The notes under the pieces were generated by a model. The model was not told the origin of the DNA. It saw nothing but the letters and a program-made list of their open reading frames with translations, and searched no databases. Position numbers and translations under genes: made by a program. Positions 50,084 through 61,512 of a stretch of DNA of 64,000 nucleotides are shown in pieces. The stretch is from Blepharisma stoltei ATCC 30299 (taxonomy: Eukaryota; Protista; Ciliophora), in the NCBI GenBank assembly GCA_965603825.1, contig CBFDEM010000020.1, forward strand, positions 682,001-746,000, written 5' to 3'. Positions within the stretch are counted from its first letter, which is position 1, and each line of letters starts with the position of its first letter.

Positions 50084-50316
50084 TAAATATTTATATACAA
50101 AACTATCACTTTATGTTGTTTATTAATTTTGTTAGCTTCATTAAGGAACCGAATTTAGGATACTTATTTTATCAAGAAAAAGCCTTTATGAGCTTTTTTA
50201 TTAAATTAAAATTCTTCATATAGATTAGTGATTCCTTATAATGAAATATAAATAACTAAATATTTCGTAGTTATTTTATAAAAAAATGGTCTATTCAAAA
50301 CCGAATGATTAATAAA

Positions 50317-51072
50317 TTATGAATCACTTTCATAGCACTTTCCAGCCACACTCTCAATCTTTTCTTTTAACCCCTCAATAATTTTTTCTTGGTCTCTAAA
50401 ATTCTTCTTCATAATTGTTAAAATTGTTGATTTTACTTCCAATTCATTATTTAGTTCGTCCACTGTCTTTTCATATTCTTCATTTTCAGTTTGTATTTTG
50501 CTTTCCTTGGTCTTTTGAGTTACTTGTAGCCCCACACATCTTTTTTTTAGCTTGCTCTGGCCCTGAGGTGCTTCTCGGATTCTCTTTTTTATGTACTCTA
50601 GGAGAATTTTGGTCTTTAAATTTTCTTCTCCATCATCAAGTGTTTTTTCATAGTCCTTTATCCAAGCCCTAATTATTGTTCTGAATTGTGGGCTGCTCAC
50701 TATTCTTTCAAAAAAGTCAGTGCAGGTGATTTTTAATTCTTTTTCTTTATTTAAGCTTTCAGGGTTAATTGAGCGTGCCCATTCTCAAAACTGTTCATCG
50801 GTTATTGAAACAGCTTTTGATTTGTGGATCCAAACGAAGAGTTCTTTAATAATTTTTTTGAATTGAAAAGCTTTGTCAGCTGGCTCAATACCTGACAAGG
50901 TTTCGTTCTCGATTGTTTTTTTATTTTTTCTATTTAGAGCTTACTTAGCCTGATGGGTAAATTTTAGTCCTTGATTTAAAGAATGGCTTAGATTGTCCCT
51001 GAAAATTTCAGTGGACATGTCAATAATGTCTTTATCGAAAGGAAATTCATTCTCTTGCAAAAATGGGTTCAT
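50317..51072 (-). CDS. Uncharacterised protein with a C-terminal coiled coil, ~246 aa
   Basis: ATG 51072, intron 50930-50944, one TGA, TAA 50317. Confidence 0.65.
50930..50944 (-). other. 15-nt intron GTAAGCTCTAAATAG
   Basis: Removes an in-frame TAA. Confidence 0.85.
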
Positions 51073-51122
51073 ATTTATATTTATAAGAGTTGGATTATAT
51101 CAAATCTATTATTAATCTTTTA

Positions 51123-52040
51123 TTAATTCTCGTAATAATTTTTAAGATAGAAAAATATTGATGAAAAACCTTTTAAGCTATGAATGCCAGTATTTTCCTG
51201 GTATGCATATAGAAATAAATTATTTAAGACATAATAATGCAAAATAGACATAACCTTATCTAAAAGAACTGAAGCATCTTGCTTATCAATATTAATTTCA
51301 GCTCTCAAATAGGAAGGAATTTTTGAGTCAGAAATTGTGGCTGAGAGCAGCTCATAGTTAAAAGTGTTCCCATCCTCTCCAAGCACAAATACAAACTCAT
51401 CCTGGATATTTCTGACAATTATCTTAAATCGTCCTAGTCCTAATTCTTCAACTGTGACTCCACTAAGAGTTTTATAAAATTCAATTATTTTCCTCAAATT
51501 ATCATTATCTCTTTGCAGCTCTTTATCCATATTTTCTCTTTCCCTTCTAATTCTTTTTATTTCACATTTCAAAGCTTCTTTTTTCTCTGCAGATTTTAAA
51601 TTTATTTTTTCACATACCTTATTTTTCTCATGGATTTTAGCTTTAATTTCAGAAATTCTCGCTAATAATTCTTCTTTTTCTTTTATTTTCAGTTCAAAAA
51701 GTTTTATTAATTCCTCAGATCTTTTATTGATTGGGAAAAAAGCCGAGTCCACATTTAAATTCTGGGCTTTAGAAATTTCATTTGTAAATGTTTCTGAATG
51801 ATTGGTTTCAATAGTTTTTAAGGCAGATTTGCCTGGTTCGGTATCTTTTATGAGTTTTGAGAGCTCTACGAAGTTCAGCCCAGCTGGGTTTGTGTTAACT
51901 TCTTCTTGATTTTTTTCATCATTACTATTGATAGCATTTTTTGGACCTGGAACCATAACTGTGTCATTTTCATTGGTTTTAAACCTTTTGTCTTGTTCTT
52001 CATCGCTTAGTTGCCTCTTCAGAGGGCGGGCTTCTTCCAT
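51123..52040 (-). CDS. Coiled-coil + RWD kinetochore-type protein, Csm1/Pcs1 (monopolin)-like
   Basis: Coiled coil, then FYKTLSGVTV..FVFVL..Y..IPSYLRAEINI..LLDKVM, resembling the Csm1/Pcs1 C-terminal domain. Confidence 0.5.
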   Translation of the reverse strand: MEEARPLKRQLSDEEQDKRFKTNENDTVMVPGPKNAINSNDEKNQEEVNTNPAGLNFVELSKLIKDTEPGKSALKTIETNHSETFTNEISKAQNLNVDSAFFPINKRSEELIKLFELKIKEKEELLARISEIKAKIHEKNKVCEKINLKSAEKKEALKCEIKRIRRERENMDKELQRDNDNLRKIIEFYKTLSGVTVEELGLGRFKIIVRNIQDEFVFVLGEDGNTFNYELLSATISDSKIPSYLRAEINIDKQDASVLLDKVMSILHYYVLNNLFLYAYQENTGIHSLKGFSSIFFYLKNYYEN

Positions 52041-52079
52041 TTTAAATCTGTCTAGACAACGATTATTATGGATTAAAGA

Positions 52080-52871
52080 TTAACTAATGTATTGACCTGT
52101 ATCCATTCTGGCTCTATATGCGATTTTGTATTGTAAAGCATCTTCTAACTGAGCTTTGATTTCAGGAGTAAAATCAGTTCGCTTGCTTAATAGCTGCAAG
52201 TATTCTTCAAGCTGCACAGGTGAACACATCTTTTTCTTTTCAAGTAATATAGGATAAATCCATTTGCTGAAGAGCTTTTCAGCCAAAATGTTTCTTTTAA
52301 CGCATCCTCTGACGACGTTTAATAAATCTCTTCCATTTATGTATTTTATATGGATTGGAGCTACCTCAACTAATTTCTCATAAAATTCTGGAGATCCTGT
52401 CTCAATAAATGAATTGAACGTATAAGCCATCCCAATAGGCTTGATGCTGTGGATAATTCTATTGATATTTCTTTCAAGGGCACTCCACAAGGCCTGATCA
52501 TTAATCTTCAATCTCGAGCATGCATGTGCAAGAGATGTTAAAACTAGGCAATTATATTCAGGTGCCTTCTTTGTCGCTTGAGCAATAGCTTTTTTAACAT
52601 TTTCATGGGTGTTCCAGTCATAGCCTTCAGGAGCGCCTTTTCTCAACCCTAATTCTAAGAGTGCACAGCTTAGTTCGCCATCTCTGAAAGCATCTGCGTC
52701 TTTGAGGTGATAAAGAATTTCATTTCCTGTAAATTGCTTAAAGTTTATAAAGTCGTGACGAGGAGGGAGGACAACTGGAGTTTTAATGTTGAGGTTAGGG
52801 TTGAAGCGCCTCTTTTTTCCAAATCGCTTTTGGCCCCAGTGATTAAATCTAGCTATAACCTTGGAAAGCAT
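52080..52871 (-). CDS. Mitochondrial helical-repeat (FASTK/HPR-like) protein, 263 aa
   Basis: Basic presequence MLSKVIARF; repeats such as LTSLAHACSRLKINDQALWSALE and LLNVVRGCVKRNI. Confidence 0.5.
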   Translation of the reverse strand: MLSKVIARFNHWGQKRFGKKRRFNPNLNIKTPVVLPPRHDFINFKQFTGNEILYHLKDADAFRDGELSCALLELGLRKGAPEGYDWNTHENVKKAIAQATKKAPEYNCLVLTSLAHACSRLKINDQALWSALERNINRIIHSIKPIGMAYTFNSFIETGSPEFYEKLVEVAPIHIKYINGRDLLNVVRGCVKRNILAEKLFSKWIYPILLEKKKMCSPVQLEEYLQLLSKRTDFTPEIKAQLEDALQYKIAYRARMDTGQYIS

Positions 52872-53019
52872 TATAATAAATTAAGATGGGAAATGATGGA
52901 AAAGCCTGCAAAATAAATTTCTTTAATGCAATTAAATTATAATTCTAATTGAAAATAATAGTTTTATTTTAAAAATACTCTCACAAATTATGTAGAGAAA
53001 AATCAGATATGAAAGCATT

Positions 53020-54120
53020 ATGAATTTCAAAATTGCAATGGAAAATTCAGCGCAAAGAGTCAAAAGAAAAGCGAAATCAGTAGAAAGAGAGCGTATGCCT
53101 AGTTTACAAGGTCCTAGGTCTAATGTATCTATTGAATGTATAAGCACTCCAAAACGAAACCAAAAAAGTACACCAAGAGCAAGCATAGAAAAAGGCCAGC
53201 ATATTAATGCTTCAAATTTCCATAATCCTTTCGCTAAAAATTTTGAAAATAAAATTACTTCTGAGCAAATGAATGACTTCGAGCAGCGAAATAAGGAGAG
53301 GCTCAAAAGAATGATTGAAAATAAAATAATTATAAAAGAAAAGGCAAATTACCTTAAAAACGAAGGGTTTTTGATTTCTCGATCAAAAAGCCCTGTAGTC
53401 GATTTCTCTAATTTTTTTGACAAAAATGAAAATAGCAGAGATGAATTATTGAACAATTTTAGCAATAAATTAGACAGGCGAATTGAACGAAGATTGTCTA
53501 AAGAGAAATATAATAATGCTGCACATTTAATTGGAACAAAAACACCCCGGATCAGAAATAATGCATCTCCTCAGTTTTCTGATATAAATAAAAACCTCAG
53601 CATTGATTCACTACAAAATAAAAATCATTGAACTACTGAAGACCAAAAATTATCATCCAAAACTCCTGAAATAGAAAATAATTATTTTTATCCATATGAA
53701 CGTAACTCAAAACAGCATAAAAGTGAAGAGAGATCACTATCATTAAAAAATGCTTCACAAAAACCCTCACACATTAAAAGAACAGAAAGATCTTTCCGAT
53801 TACCCAATTCTTCAAACGAATCTTATGGCTATTCCTTTCTAGCCAATAAACGAAAATTAAGAGAAAAAGTGCTTGATATAAGCGAAGAGGATAAAAACCT
53901 CCAAGAAATCATTGAAAACGGGCTAAACGATGATAGCAGTATTAAACGAATCAAATCAGGAATCCACAAAATCGAAGCCAAAGCTCTAGAAAATGAGCTC
54001 GCTCTAAAATCCGGCCGGAACGACACATTAAAACAGTTTAAGCTTAACCAAAAGATTTCAAACTTGCTTATTCTTTCAATCAAAGCAAAAATGGCTGTCT
54101 TAGAAAAAGGAAACCCATAG
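53020..54120 (+). CDS. Uncharacterised protein, ~366 aa
   Basis: Two same-frame ORFs joined by TGA 53629; C-terminal helix LLILSIKAKMAVL. Confidence 0.65.
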
Positions 54121-54182
54121 TTTGAACAATTTTTATTTCACACTTTTCAATTTTTCTAAATATTTAAAGTTTTTATGATAAA

Positions 54183-54629
54183 TTATTCTTCCTTTTGCTT
54201 CTTAACTACATCATTTTTTTCAAAGAACTCCATCAAGGTCCCTTTCTGGTGCATATCAGTAATAATATCACATCCTCCCACAAATTCTTGATTTATATAT
54301 AATTGAGGCAGAGTCGGCCAATCTGAGTATTTCTTGATTTCTTCTCTAACTTCTGGATCCTCCAGGACATTCACAGCTTGGTAATTTTCCACCCTGTAAT
54401 ACTTTAAAGCTTGGACAACATAATTGCTGAACCCACATTGTGGGCTATCAGGAGTCCCTTTCATAAACAGAACTACTTTATTTGCCTTAACAATCCTATC
54501 AATGAACTCATGAGCGGATTCTGCAGCTTTGGACTTAGGCAAAAAATCTGGGTCAGAGGACTCGTCTATGTTTGAAAATAGCCTGTAAGGCTGGATTCTG
54601 AAGAATTTTAGTGAGTATTTAGCAAGCAT
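54183..54629 (-). CDS. GRX5: Mitochondrial monothiol glutaredoxin (CGFS type), 148 aa
   Basis: [34 protein letters not shown]; presequence. Confidence 0.95.
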   Translation of the reverse strand: MLAKYSLKFFRIQPYRLFSNIDESSDPDFLPKSKAAESAHEFIDRIVKANKVVLFMKGTPDSPQCGFSNYVVQALKYYRVENYQAVNVLEDPEVREEIKKYSDWPTLPQLYINQEFVGGCDIITDMHQKGTLMEFFEKNDVVKKQKEE

Positions 54630-54713
54630 TATTATTTAACCATAATATATTTGCTGAATCAATAAAGATAACAATATGAGATTGCAATATTTAATAAAGG
54701 CTTACCTAATTAT

Positions 54714-55886
54714 CTATCCCTCACTATAAAAGATTTCAGTACGGGTCATAGAAAGACAGTCTGTCAAGGCTTGGTTTTGCTCAATGCTGCCTCCAAGTAG
54801 TTGAATGTTTGGGATTTCCTCAGTCGCAATCCTTCTTGCTTCAGCTTTATTTCCGCTTGCTAGATTCAGCAGCACTTCTGCTGCTTTTTTAATGACTCCT
54901 TGTTGGCTGTCCTTTATTTCAATAGCTTCACTATGAAGGCCGGCTTTATAAAGAGCCCAGATTACCATTGCACAAACTAAGCCTCTTTTTGCTCCAAGGA
55001 TTTTCTTGCTTCTCAGAATTTCTAAAAATTCAGGGGTTAAATATCCAACTACGTCTCTACCAAAGAAATCTAAATAAAGCAGCATTGCTAAGCTGTTAAT
55101 GACATTTACAGAAGCCCACCAATTTCTTCCCAACACATGGGTCCTGAAAATTTCTTCAGCTGCTCCAAAATTTCTTAAAAACACATTAAATATAGCCAAA
55201 TGCCACCAATTGTGGGTATAAATAAAGTTTCCTTTCCAATCCTCTGAGTGTCCTTCCAAGACTCGGATTCCATTTTCAAACTCATTTTTAGCAGCGTAGA
55301 TATGGCCAATATTATGCTGCGCCCAGGCATTGTGAGGATTTAATTCCAAAGCTCTTCTGCCATAATTTTCAGACTCAATCAAAAGATTGTTTTCTAAATA
55401 CCCAAAACAAATAAAGCTGCAGCACTCTGCAGACTGCCAATGATCACTTTCTCTTTGGAGATAGCTAACGATATTTAGCATTTCAGGCTTTCTCCCAGTG
55501 CAGAGGCACATAAAAATGCCAAATTTGGCAGCAAAAAAGTCTTTAGGGTTTTCGTCCACAATTTGAGACAGGATTGGAATAGCCGCACAGACTCCTTCAT
55601 TTAATAGTGTAAGAAGACTTCTTATTCATAGTCTTTCTCTACTATTGCAGTTTTGAATTTGAGGTAAAAGGGTATTTGCAATTTCTTTATTGTCAGCTTC
55701 TTGTAAAATCATGAGGTAGATATAAAGGATCTTGAGCGTTGGACATTCAGGATCATTGTCAATTAAGGTTTGGAAGGTGGTGTAGCTAGTATCTCCATAA
55801 TTCAAATCTCTTTTAATGCAATCGTTAATGGCAGCAAGTGATTCTTCTTTAGAGCCAGTTACTTCAAGACCTAGACAATCAATCAT
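54714..55886 (-). CDS. TTC38-like TPR protein, tandem copy A, 390 aa
   Basis: RALELNPHNAWAQHN, YTHNWWHLA, GGSIEQ; TGA at 55626. Confidence 0.8.
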
Positions 55887-56049
55887 TTATAGACAATATA
55901 TACATAAAATGGATGATAATTATTCGTTGCTGAAAAATCGCTTTCTTAATGAACATTTTATATTAAATCATTTAAAGCTTATTTCAAATAATAAAAAAGA
56001 TTATGATTATTTCTCAGATAACCATCTTATCGCTTCTGTATAATTTGGA

Positions 56050-57222
56050 TTATTCCAAAAAATTAAAAATGCTGCCTCTTGTAATTGATAAACAATCTGT
56101 TATAACTTGAATTTGTTCAATGCTGCCTCCCAAGAAATGCATTTCATTATAATTCTCATTCACAATCCTTTGTGCTTCTACCAGATTATTCGATGCATAA
56201 TGCAGCAGAGCTTCTGCTGCCGATTTTGCTACCCCATTTAAGCTATCTTTTAATTTTGCTGCTTTATCTTGCTCTCCCACTTTAGCTAAAGCCCATACAA
56301 TCATAGCATCCAATATAGGGGTATTTCCTTGCATTCTTTTATCTTGAATAGTTTCTCTAAATTTCTCAGTAAAAAATTGTTGTAAATTTCTTCTCGAATG
56401 ATCCAAGTACAAAAGCATTGCCAAGATATTTATCATATTTATTGGTACCCACCAATTTTTTCCTATAATATGGGTAGCAAACAGCTGCTCAGCTTCGGAA
56501 TATTCTTTCAAAAATATATGAAAAGCTGCTAGATGCCAGAAATTGTGAGTATAAATGAAGTCTCCTTTTCAATCGTCTGACCGGTTTTCTAAAACTCTTT
56601 TTCCAAGCTCAAATTGGTTATTCCCTGCATATGCATGGCAAAGGTTGTGCTGGGCCCATGCATTGTGAGGGTTTAGCTGTAATGCTCTTTTCGCGAATAT
56701 CTCGGCTTGGCTAAGGTCACCGTTTTCTACGTATGCAAAGCTGATAAAGCTGCAACACTCTGGGGATTCAAGGTAGCTATTATCTTGCTTTAATGACTCT
56801 ACAATTAAAAGCATGCTTGACTTTTCTCCTGAAAGCAGCCCAAGAGATATTCCATATCTTACAGCTAAATAGTCTTTTGGATATTGCTGAACAATTCTAT
56901 GGATGATAGGAATGGCAGCGCACATTCCATGATTCACTAATGCCCTTAATGCCTCCTTCCAAAGCTCTTCTCTTGGATTGAAATTTGTCAATGTTGAAAG
57001 GAGATTATTAACTGTTTCTCTTGAATTTTCAGCCTCCATAAGGATATTCATGTGAGCAAAAAGAATATTTAGCATTGGGCTTTGGCTGTCTTTATGCAAA
57101 GCATCTTTTAGTTGGTCATAGTCTTGATTTTCGTAATTTAGATCCTTTAAGATGTATTGGTTCATGACGAGCAGTGATTCAGAATTGCATGGTGTCATAT
57201 CATTGCCTAAGTAATCTTGCAT
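56050..57222 (-). CDS. TTC38-like TPR protein, tandem copy B, 390 aa
   Basis: RALQLNPHNAWAQHN, YTHNFWHLA, GGSIEQ; TGA at 56569; same 1173-nt length as copy A. Confidence 0.8.
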
Positions 57223-58149
57223 TTTAATGGTTAAAATAAATCATGAATGATCAATAAATTTTTTAAAAACAATATAAAATGGTTTATCAATAATATAGTG
57301 AACTCAAAATAAGATTTGAAATTTTGACATAGAAGAAATTTATTTAAAGGATTTTTAGAAAATTAAGTTGTTTCGAAATATGCGGAAATTTTATGCATTT
57401 TGAGTATGATTAATTTTTAATTGATAGCAATATCAAACTGATGGTGGATTATGCAAAGAGTATATGAAATAGGATTTTATTTAAAAATATGAGCCAGAAA
57501 ATGAGTAGCTCGACTATTTCAGTTTTGTCTTTTATTAAATTAGTTTTCTCCTAGGTAAGCTTTTTCTCATTCTAAGCCTTTGACAGGCCGTAAATATTAA
57601 GATAAGATATCTTGAGAGAAGGACTGGCATCAAGGCATATAAGACGAAGATTGAGCAATGAGGTTGCACGAGTCTGTGGATTCAAAGTCTGCAAAGAGTT
57701 GGATCTGAGGCAGGATGGAAGTATTTTTGTTGGTCATCGAGCTCCAATTCACGAATGCAAGTTAATTGGGCGTAAGCATATAGAATACAATAAATAGCAT
57801 GTGCAAAATTTAAAGATAATCTGCCTTGTATTGCAATTAGCGGGTTTCATCAATCTTAAGGCCTAGTTTAATGACTATAGCTTTAGTATAAAATGATTTT
57901 ATGGCCTTTAAATATAAATGTATTTACACATGGATTTTATTTTTTTCATAATTGAGTTCTAATCCTGATATTATCTACGATATATAAAAACCAGAAGAAA
58001 GTAAAATTATTGTCAATCTTAAACTACAGCATCACTTTTTAATTGCTCAATGCATCTGGCTTCAATCATAAAGATTCTAATTTGACTCTGATTTTCCAAA
58101 TTATTTGATTTCATTTTATTATGGGATAATTCCTGCTAATTTACTAAAA

Positions 58150-59214
58150 ATGATAAATTTAGAAGAAGTTAGAAGCTTTATAGCCACACACAATGCCAAA
58201 ACGTAAAAACAATATAGAGTCGCCTTACAATTACACAGCTCAATTTCAGATTTATCAATCACTGTATCAGACGCTTTAAGAGAAGCATTCCCAGAAGTAA
58301 AATTCGCCATAATCGGAGACAGCCCTTTTTCTTCATGCTGCACAGATTACATTTCAGCCAAACACATGCCAGCCCAAGGAATCATCCACATAGGCCACTC
58401 CTGCTCAACTGAGTCTTCAATCCCAGTTTTAGTTCTGCCAGAGCCAATGTCCCCTAATTTCCAAGCTTTAAGGGAAAATATCCACACATTCCCAAATAAA
58501 ATTTTCCTAGTTTTAAGCCATCCAAATGATGCTATTGAGCAAGAAGCAGCTCAAATAATCCGCCAGGCTGAAAAAGAAGTCACAAATAGCAGAGATGAAG
58601 CTGACGGAATTTTATTTATAGGAAATGGATACTCAATACCCTGCTTAATCCAAAAAGCTGAGCAGGACATTTGGACTTTGACTAATTCTTCATTGACTCG
58701 TCACAACTCGTACTCTTTTATTTCAATGAGATATCACTATGTAAGCATAGTCCAAGACGCAACGATTTTTGGACTCTTGATTCTCTCTCTGCCTTACTAC
58801 AACTCAATTTCTGCGAAAATCAAAGCTTTGTTGAGAAAAAACAAAAAAGAGGCGTATCCGATTTACCTAGGAAAAATCACACCTTTAAAGCTGGGGAATT
58901 TTTCAGATATTGATATGTTTGTGCTTATAGGCTGCCCCCATACCCCTCTTCCTGACAACCGTGAATTCTTTAAGCCTGTAATCACTCCATTTGAGCTTGA
59001 AGTCGGGTTAAACCACAACTGGGACGGAAGCTACTCTACAAAATTCGAAGGAGACTATGAAACCGAGCACATTCCTCTATCTTCTACCGAAAACGCAGAA
59101 AGATTCTCTAGAAGATCTTTCAAAGGACTGACCCCAGAAGTAGAAGGAGTCAAAGAAATCGAAGAAGGCTATAAAGGGATCGCAATGTGCTATGAGAATG
59201 AAATAGCTAAATAA
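58150..59214 (+). CDS. DPH2: Diphthamide biosynthesis protein 2, ~349 aa
   Basis: TVALQL after the intron; SSCCTD, IHIGHSC, KLGNF.DID.FVLIGCP, KPVITPFE, RSFKGL..GIA.CY..E. Confidence 0.85.
58203..58217 (+). other. 15-nt intron GTAAAAACAATATAG
   Basis: Removes an in-frame TAA and restores VALQ. Confidence 0.9.
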
Positions 59215-59231
59215 TTCACAAAAAAATTCAA

Positions 59232-60071
59232 TTAATTATCTCTGCTTGTTTTAGATGAGCGAGGAGAAAAGAAAGAAAGACCAGGAGTCTTGCTGAGCTC
59301 CAACTCTTCAAGCAGCTTGGTTTCTCTGAGCTCATCAATTAAATTCGCTTCTAACTGTTCAAGTTCATCAATTTTCTGCTTGGCTTCTCCAGATAGACAA
59401 GCTTCCAGCTCAATTCTCTGATGGAACTCAGCTTCTTTTGACTTTAAGAAAAGCAGCGAATTTGTGCTTTTTCTATGATGGTGGGCTCTTTTTTCTTTTA
59501 CAGCTGATCTTGCTCTTTCTTGCACTTTTTCTTGCTCCTCCTCTTCTTGCTTTTTCTTCATCTCTTCAAATTCTCTGCTTTCTCTTTTTGCTGCTGACGA
59601 GTTGGCTTTATTTTTCTGCAACAATTTTTCCTTGGCTTCTTTTATAAGTTCTTTTTGCTTTCTGATTTTTTCATGCACAAGCTTTTTCTTTTCTTCTTGT
59701 TCAATTAATTTTTCCATCTTTTTAGTCTGCAAAGCTTTGACTTCTTGTTCCCATTCACTCTTGGATTTTGCTTCTGCTTCATGTCTTTGTTTGCAGATTT
59801 CAATATGCTTCAAAGACCTTTCTTTTTGAAGTCTAAGGTGGTTGATTCTGTTTTGGAGAGTTTTGACTTTGGCTTCGAGGTCTTTTCTGGATTTGGTTGC
59901 ATTTCACATTTCACGGCCTTTTGTTGCTTTTTCTCGCCTTGGGCTTGCGTTTTCTTTTACGAAGGAGATATCACCTGTAGTGCTGAGATTTTTCAAAATG
60001 GACCTCTTTGGAGAAGGAGTTTGGACTTCGTTAGGCAATGGGCTGTTAGATATTGGAGGTGGACTATCCAT
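59232..60071 (-). CDS. Uncharacterised coiled-coil protein, ~279 aa
   Basis: ATG 60071, one TGA, LQNRINHL followed by E/K/R-rich coils. Confidence 0.7.
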
Positions 60072-60106
60072 ATCCGTTAAATTTATTATGTTGATATTTT
60101 TGAAAA

Positions 60107-60916
60107 TTATTTACCTTTAAAGATTGGCTTTCGCTTTTCATTGAAAGCTTTAAGTGCTTCTACTCTGTCTTCAGTTGGAATCACCTGCGCATAGCAAAGC
60201 TGCTCAATTGACATCCCAGTTGCTTTGTCTTTTCCATATCCTAAATCTATAGCTTTTTTCGCCATTCTTATAGCCACTGGTCCATTATTTGCTATTGTGT
60301 TCGCAATTTCGAGCGCTTTTTCATATGGGTTCTCATGGACACTATTAAAGATCCCATATGAATGGGCAGTGTTTGCATTATACTGCTGAGCTGTATATAT
60401 CATTTCTTTTGCCCTGACAATTCCGATTAGTTTCGCCAACCTTTGAGTTCCTCCTGCGCCTGGGATGATTGCTAGTGCAGTTTCAGGGAGACCAACCTTA
60501 GAATTCGGGCCTGAAACTCGCAAGTCACAAGATAAAGCAAGCTCTAAGCCGCCTCCAAGCGCATAACCATCAATGCAAGCAATAGAAGGGATAGGAAGGT
60601 CCTCTAGCATTGTAAATGAACTTCTCAGTTTATCCACAAAAACAGCGACCTGGTCGGGAGTCATTTGAAGCCTTTCTTTAAGGTCAGCTCCGGCACAAAA
60701 AGTCCCAGAAACTCCACTTTTTAGTATAACAACTCTAGCTTCATTGTCAAATTTGAGACATTGCAGATGAGATATGAACTGGTCTATCAATAAAGTGCCT
60801 AATGCATTTTTTCTTGCAGGGTTTTGAAGAGAAATAACTTTGACACCATTAGAAAGGCTTTCTAAAGCACAGTGCACCTCTGTTGAAAATAATCTTTTTA
60901 TTGACCTTCTTAGCAT
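60107..60916 (-). CDS. AUH: Methylglutaconyl-CoA hydratase (crotonase family), mitochondrial, 269 aa
   Basis: FCAGADLKER, ALGGGLELAL, GLPETALAIIPGAGGTQRL, YAQVIPTEDR. Confidence 0.9.
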   Translation of the reverse strand: MLRRSIKRLFSTEVHCALESLSNGVKVISLQNPARKNALGTLLIDQFISHLQCLKFDNEARVVILKSGVSGTFCAGADLKERLQMTPDQVAVFVDKLRSSFTMLEDLPIPSIACIDGYALGGGLELALSCDLRVSGPNSKVGLPETALAIIPGAGGTQRLAKLIGIVRAKEMIYTAQQYNANTAHSYGIFNSVHENPYEKALEIANTIANNGPVAIRMAKKAIDLGYGKDKATGMSIEQLCYAQVIPTEDRVEALKAFNEKRKPIFKGK

Positions 60917-61080
60917 AAATGCTAATTTTTATATTAAATTTCCTTGATTTTTATGATTGCATGGTCTTTCTTATTATCCCACAAATTCCTCTGAAATAGG
61001 CATCTGCAGAAACTGCTTATTTTCTTTAACAACTCCTATCAGTTGATATTAAAAAGTGAAGATTAGAGTTTGTTATGAAA

Positions 61081-61428
61081 TTACCATTCATCACCTCCGA
61101 ACAAGTCCATTGCGCCCTCAATATCCTCGACTTCTTCCTTTTCTTTCTTCTCTTCCTTCTTCTCGTCTGCTTTTTCTTCCTTTGCACCTTCTGTAGTTGT
61201 GACTGGAGCACTGCTAGCTGCGGCGGCGCCAGCAAAAGCTTGGAGTTTTGGAATACCAGCTTTAATGACTTGGGTTAAGTCTCTTTCTGCCAATAGATCA
61301 CAAAGAGATTCAGCTCGGCTTGTGTCGAAATCTCCTCCAATGGCGTTGATGATATCTGCTAAATCAGAAGCTTTTGGTTGTGTCTTTCCACTCAGCCAAG
61401 CTAATGCATAAGCACACAAATACTTCAT
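61081..61428 (-). CDS. RPLP2: 60S acidic ribosomal protein P2, ~115 aa
   Basis: MKYLCAYALA.LSG, Ala-rich hinge, acidic tail. Confidence 0.9.
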   Translation of the reverse strand: MKYLCAYALAWLSGKTQPKASDLADIINAIGGDFDTSRAESLCDLLAERDLTQVIKAGIPKLQAFAGAAAASSAPVTTTEGAKEEKADEKKEEKKEKEEVEDIEGAMDLFGGDEW

Positions 61429-61512
61429 CCCTATTTTTATACCCACAGATTTTTAGTTCTTATCTGAAGAAAATTTTGTTTTTATTATGAGACTTTAGCT
61501 TAATTTCTTTAA

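Noticed and set aside
60917-61080. Short hairpins downstream of RPLP2 as a snoRNA
   Set aside because: Stems are weak and no convincing C/D or H/ACA box pair is present.
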